Of a stretch of 64,000 nt of DNA, positions 58,892-64,000 are shown one piece after another. The notes under the pieces are model-generated. The model was not told the DNA's origin and did no database searches. It saw only the letters and a list, made by a program, of their open reading frames with translations. The DNA is from the human T2T-CHM13v2.0 reference genome, Homo sapiens: assembly GCF_009914755.1 (NCBI RefSeq), contig NC_060925.1; one strand, 5' to 3'. Made by a program: the position numbers and the translations under genes. Every line of letters starts with the position of its first letter. Position 1 is the stretch's first letter.

Positions 58892-59364
58892 AGCCAGGCA
58901 AGGTGGCTCAGGCCTGTAATCCCAGTGCTTCGGGAGGCTGAGGCAGGAGGATCGCTTGAGGCCAGGTTTTTGAGGCTACAGTGAGCTATGATTACACCAC
59001 TGCACTCCAGCCTGAGTGGCAGAGAAAGCTCTCCAGATCTCCATCTGTCTCTCTCTCACTCTCCCTGTCTCTCTCTCTCTCTCTCTGTCTTTGATACAGG
59101 GTCTCGCCCTGGGCTCCAGTGATCTTCCTGCCTCAGCCTCCCAAGTAGCTGAGACTAGAGGCACATGCCACCACACCTGGCTTATTTTTAAATGTTTTGT
59201 AGAGACAACAGCTCACTATATTACCCAGTCTGGTCGTACTCATTATGTTGCCCAGGCTGGTCTCAAACTCCTGGGTTCAAGCAATCCTCCCACCCCGGCC
59301 TCCCAAAGTCCTGGGATTACAGGTATGAGCCACTGCTCCAGAACTCCATCTCTTAAAAAAAAAA
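58892..59364. mobile_element. Sense Alu monomer (FAM/FRAM-like) with an antisense AluJ inserted into its 3' end
   Basis: TSD CTCCAGA(T/A)CTCCATCT at 59031-59046 and 59336-59351. The monomer's A-tail resumes at ~59354. Confidence 0.75.
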
Positions 59365-60186
59365 TCGTTTGTTCTTTCACTCCAAAAACCTTTGCTCTTT
59401 TTCCACTAGAATTATCAGGTCTGATTTCCACAATGCTATTCCCTGAGTGAGGAGAACTGACTTGTGGTCATTCACACACAAAGGACTGGGTTGAAGAAAA
59501 GGACCAGTGTGTGCTTATGAGGACATCCCTCGACAGCGGCTAGCCCTCACACTGCCCATTTTGGCTCTTCCATGGCTGCAGACCAGGGCACAGGGCCCTC
59601 ACGTGGCTGAGCACATGGCAGGCCCCAATGTGGCGTGCATTGAGGTGACCTCACCAAGGGGGCATCAAAAAGCAGTGGAGGGAAAAATTAGATGGCAAGT
59701 CTGATGGACCTGGAAGCAGTGTCCGCTGAACCGTGAGACTGTCCCCCTTTCAGCCAGGCATTAGCCTGCGGTCACGGGTCTCCTTCAAAACCACTCTGTT
59801 TTTGGGCTTCTTGCCAAGCTCCTTGGTCTTCTTGCCAAGCAGGAAGAAGGTCAGCAGGCTCTGGGGAGGGCTGGGCTCCTGGAAGGCTGGCGCTGGCTGG
59901 GACAGAGCCGTCCTGGCCCCTGGTACTGGGCAGATGGTGCGTGACCCTAACTACCCTGCCTCTCAGGCAGAAGCAAGCTTGCTGAGTTCCTCCAGGAAGG
60001 TGCTAGCCGCAGTGATGAATCTGCAGGGATCTATCCCACTCTTTGCATGCACCTCAAGCAATTATTTTGCTTTTTATTCAGCCGGGGAGCATTCTTTGAG
60101 CTCCTACTTTGTGCAGCACAGTGGGATAGAAATGTAGAGACAAAAGACAAAGTCTCTCCACTGAGGACTGTATGATGAGTGGGAGG

Positions 60187-60364
60187 TGCTATGAACTGAA
60201 TGTTTGTGTCCCTTCCAAATTCATACGTTGACGCCTAAATCTTCAATGTGCTGATATTAGGTGGTGGAGCCTTTGGGAGGTAATTAGGTTTAGATGTGCT
60301 CACAGCCCCCTCTGATAGAATTAATTCCCTTAAAAAAAAAGAAAGAGACACCTGAACTCTCTCT

Positions 60365-60440
<76 letters not shown>

Positions 60441-61051
60441 GGTGCACACACCAAGGAAAATCCATGCATCTTAGTCCATTTGCATTGCTATAAAGGAATA
60501 TCTGAGTCTGGGTCATTTATAAAGAAAGGTGGTTTATGGGGCTCATGATTCTGCAGGCTGTACAAGAAGCATGGCCCCAGCATCTGCTTCTGGTGAGGGC
60601 CTCAGGAAGTTTCCACTCATGGTGGAAGGCAAAAGGGAGCAGGCATCACATGGCAAGAGAGGAATTGAGAGAGAGAGGAGGGAGCTGCCAGGCTCTGTTT
60701 AACAACCAGTTCTCGTGGGGACTAATACAGTGAGAACCCGCTAAGCAGGAGGGGAGGACGGTACCAAGACACTCATGCGGATCCACCCCTGTGACCAAAT
60801 ACCTCCCACTAGGCTCCACCTCCAAAACTGGGGATCAAATTTCAACATGAGATTTAATGTGGCCAAAAATACTATATCCAAACCATGACACCACGTGAGG
60901 ACCTAACCCAGAAGAGGGCCCTCACCCTGAACCAACCGCACTGGCACGCGGATCTCACACTTCTAGCCTCCAGAACTCTGAGAAATCCGTGTTTGTGGCT
61001 GAAGCCCCAGGTCTGTGTGTTCTGTTGCTGCAGCCCGAGCTGACCAAGAGA
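60187..61051 (+). mobile_element. MaLR LTR (MSTC/D-like) with ~(CT)33 (60369-60435) and a nested antisense MSTB-like LTR (60467-60890)
   Basis: Outer TSD GGAGG/GGAGG; inner TSD CCATG/CCACG. Confidence 0.8.
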
Positions 61052-61271
61052 GGAGGGGCCAGCCACAGCCCCAGGGGGCCCATGCTTTGGGTGGGAGTCT
61101 TGGAAAGGGGTTGCTATTCTTTCCCTGTCCCTGATAAACTTCAACTTGAAAACTCCTGTCATTAAAGATATCTTCCAGGGCCTGTGAATGATGCTGACCC
61201 CTCAGCCTCCTTTTGAGGGTGAGTATCCTGGGATGGGTGGAGTTGTCCTGGGCTCTGCACCCCACTAAGGA

Positions 61272-62102
61272 TGTGGCAAAATTAAGGCTGTCAGGGCAGA
61301 AATAATTTGATAAAGGTTCATTGGAAGCCAAGTGTGAGGCTCGACTGGGGAAGACACACCAACAAAGCTGGGCATGTTCCAGAGCCTGTCACAGGTTGGA
61401 AGGCTTATCTAGAAAGTGAAGGAGAAGGGAGAGCTCCTCCTATCAGAGTTGTCCTTTTCCATTGATGGCTACAGCACAGAGGTTACATTCATTGGCTACA
61501 GATGACAACATACAGGCTAACATTCCATGTGCAAGGCGATCAGTAAAACTTTGTGATTCAGAAACAAATGTGTCATTTTTATTTTGAGACACAGTCTCAC
61601 TCTGTCACCTAGGCTGGAGCACAGTGTCATAATCATAACTCACTGTAACCTCAACCTCCTGGACTCAAGCCATCCTCCTGCCCCAGCCTCCCGAGTAGCT
61701 GGGACTACAAGCACACACCACCATGCCCAGCTAATTTTTAAAATTTTTTTATAGAGAGAGGGTGAGGATGAGGGAGGAAAGCGGGGCCGGGGAGTGCGGC
61801 AGGGAGGTCTCTCTATGTTGCCCAGGCTGGTCTTGAACTCTTGGCCTCAAGCAATTCTCCTGCCTCTGCCTCTGAGTAGCTGGAATTACAGGAATGAGCT
61901 ACCCCACCTGGCTTCACTGTCCTTTTTGATGTCAGTAGGTTATGTATTAATCAGTATGTCAACAGTTTGAGGAACTCACAGTAAGATTTGAGGGCCTCGG
62001 GATAAGAGCCTTTTCTCAGAGACAGGATGTAAGCCATGAATCACGAGGCCTTTCCCAGGAGGTTAATCCAGAAGCCTGCCAAATGTGACCTGTAGGTTAT
62101 CA
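61272..62102 (-). mobile_element. ERV1-class LTR with nested antisense AluJ (~61575-61915)
   Basis: TG...CA bounded LTR-like sequence (…AATGTGACCTGTAGGTTATCA); family not assigned. Confidence 0.55.
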
Positions 62103-62114
62103 GATGGGTGTCAA

Positions 62115-63110
62115 ACCTGTGCTCTCCAGGACTAGCCACTGGCTAATCACACATGGCAGTTGCAACTTACCCTAAATAATATGAAAAGTCCAGCTCCTCA
62201 GTCACATTAGCTACTTCAAGTGCTCAGTACCCACAGGCAGCTAGCGGCTACCGTCAGGGACAGAGCAGACCTGAGACGCTTCTGCCATCACTGTATATTC
62301 TATGGGATGTTTCACTGCCTAGGTGCTGGCAACAGATGGTGGTACACTGTGGGCCAGCTATGGAGTGGAGAGCCTAAACCCACTGAGGTGGGGCTGGGAG
62401 TGGTGAGGCTCATGGTGTAGGAAAAAGCTTCTCCAAGGAGCTGCACCTCCGCTGATCCTTAGCCTAAGGCTCCTGCTCTCTCTGAGCAGACAGCCTAGAC
62501 CTTGACCTCTCCTTGCGTGCTGGTGCTCCTGGGGACCGGGCCCCCTTCCTTGTATTTCCACCTACTCCCTGTGTCTTTTTGTGGGCTTCCTTTGCCATCT
62601 TCTCCATAGGTTTTCAGTGGAGGCTGCACTTGCACAGTCCAGGGGATCTCAAACTGCATCAGAACCCCCTGGAGGGCTTGGTAAACCGCAGACTCCAGGG
62701 CTTCACCCACGACCTCTGATCAGCAGATCTGGGGTGCAGCCAGAGACGGTGCACTTCAACAAATCGCCCAGTGATGCTGATGTTGCTGGTCTAGAACCAC
62801 ACTTTGACAACCGTTGGTGTGGTCTAAAGAATCCCATTCACTGATTCATGCATTCAACAAATATTTATTGAATGCCACCATGTGCCGGGTACTCTTCCAG
62901 TGCCGGGATAAGCTGTGAGCCACCCAGCAAAGCCCTTGTCCTTCATTCTAGGACATGGAGATGGACAGCAAACAAGTTTTCTAGGTTGGGTGGTGACGAC
63001 TGTTAGGAGGAAGAATAAGCCAGGGGAAGGCGAGGGGGATATTGCACAAGGTCGTGAGGAAAGTCCTCACTGACACAGTGACGTCTGAGCAGAGACCTGG
63101 GAGGGGACTT
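62115..63110. mobile_element. MER3-like (62115-62330), MER5A-like (62640-62815) and L2 (62840-63110) relics
   Basis: CTCAGTCACATTAGCTACTTCAAGTGCTCA; GCATCAGAACCCCCTGGAGGGCTTG; CATTCAACAAATATTTATTGAA. Confidence 0.65.
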
Positions 63111-63210
63111 GGGGGAGAAGGAGACCCTGGCCCTTCTGACTCTGCTTTGTTCTATCCTCAGCTTTTTAATGTGGAAAATGAGAGTCATGTAAAAATCAGG
63201 GTCACAGTCT

Positions 63211-63474
63211 GGATGGGCGTGATGGCTCACACCTGTAATCCCAGCAATTTGGGAGGCCAAGGTGGAAGGATCACTTGAGACCAGGAGTTTGAGATCAGCC
63301 TGAGCAACACAGCCTCCGAGACACCATCTCTACTAAAAAATGCAAAAATTAGCTGGAGGCTGATTTGGGAGGATCACTTGAGCCTGAGAGGTTGAGGCTG
63401 CAGTGAGTCATGATTGAGCCACTGCACTCTAGCCTGGGCAACACAGTGAGACCCTGTCTCAAAAAAAAAAAAAA
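63211..63474 (+). mobile_element. AluJ (internal deletion)
   Basis: TSD AAAATCA(G/A)GGTCACAGTCT. Confidence 0.85.
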
Positions 63475-64000
63475 TCAAGGTCACAGTCTACTCAATAGCT
63501 AGGTTTTAAAGACAAATTCAATTGTGTGTGTATGTGGTTCGTTACAAAAAAGCCTGGTGCCAAAAGCCATAGATTTGAGCTCAGCTTGCAATTTCACCCT
63601 TGGGCCACAGCAACTGATCCTCATGCTTCAGAAGCTTCTGCTGGTCACACCCCTCTCTGCAGGGTGAGGAGTCCCCAGGGCTAAGGGTACCAGGCTAGGA
63701 GCCTGTATGCCCCTTTAGAGGATGCCCTAGGATTACCAGTCCATACACCTAGTCCAGTTCCAGGACCCACAGCCCCCTTCCTGTCCATCCCTCAGGGCAT
63801 ACCAGGCCCCAGGGTTTGCACCCCAGGCCAGGAGATGACTGTGTAGGGATGGGGTGGACGGAACCTGACCTGGGGTCTGGAATGTCCATACAGGCATGTA
63901 CTGATTATGGATAGAGGGGGCCAGGCCAAGCCAAGGACTCTATTTATCTTCTTGTCTTGGGCTCTACAAACATCAGGGGCAGACCTGTTTGCTTCAACCC

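Overview
Human genomic DNA (an intact AluYa5 is present), recognisable as the 5' part of the TRIM67 locus (chr1q42 from recall, not checked by search). A ~3.3-kb CpG island (about 27.6-30.95 kb) holds the promoter/5'UTR and the 1044-nt first coding exon of TRIM67 on the + strand (29834-30877). This exon encodes a split RING with a DSGYGS beta-TrCP-type degron in the insert, then B-box1 and B-box2. Everything downstream is intron 1; I see no exon 2 in the window. The rest is mostly interspersed repeats: Alu, L1M, L2, MIR, MaLR/ERV LTRs, a complete MSTA LTR-int-LTR element, and DNA transposon relics including a piggyBac MER85. Nearly all ORFs in the supplied track are repeat-derived or GC-rich shadows. 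The most interesting observations are: (1) a three-exon antisense unit in intron 1 with its own promoter motifs, good splice signals, an LTR-donated polyA signal and a spliced 107-codon ORF that the six-frame track cannot show; (2) a 170-bp, 96.5%-identical inverted duplication inside an old MER54-like LTR; (3) a 5'UTR intron whose removal puts an upstream frame in phase with TRIM67; (4) stop/start-overlapping uORFs that overlap the TRIM67 AUG; (5) an expanded-spacer REST/RE1 site; (6) a near-consensus AluYa5. Repeat subfamily names come from recall of consensus sequences and need RepeatMasker/Dfam confirmation. I found no evidence for a wholly new multi-gene system.
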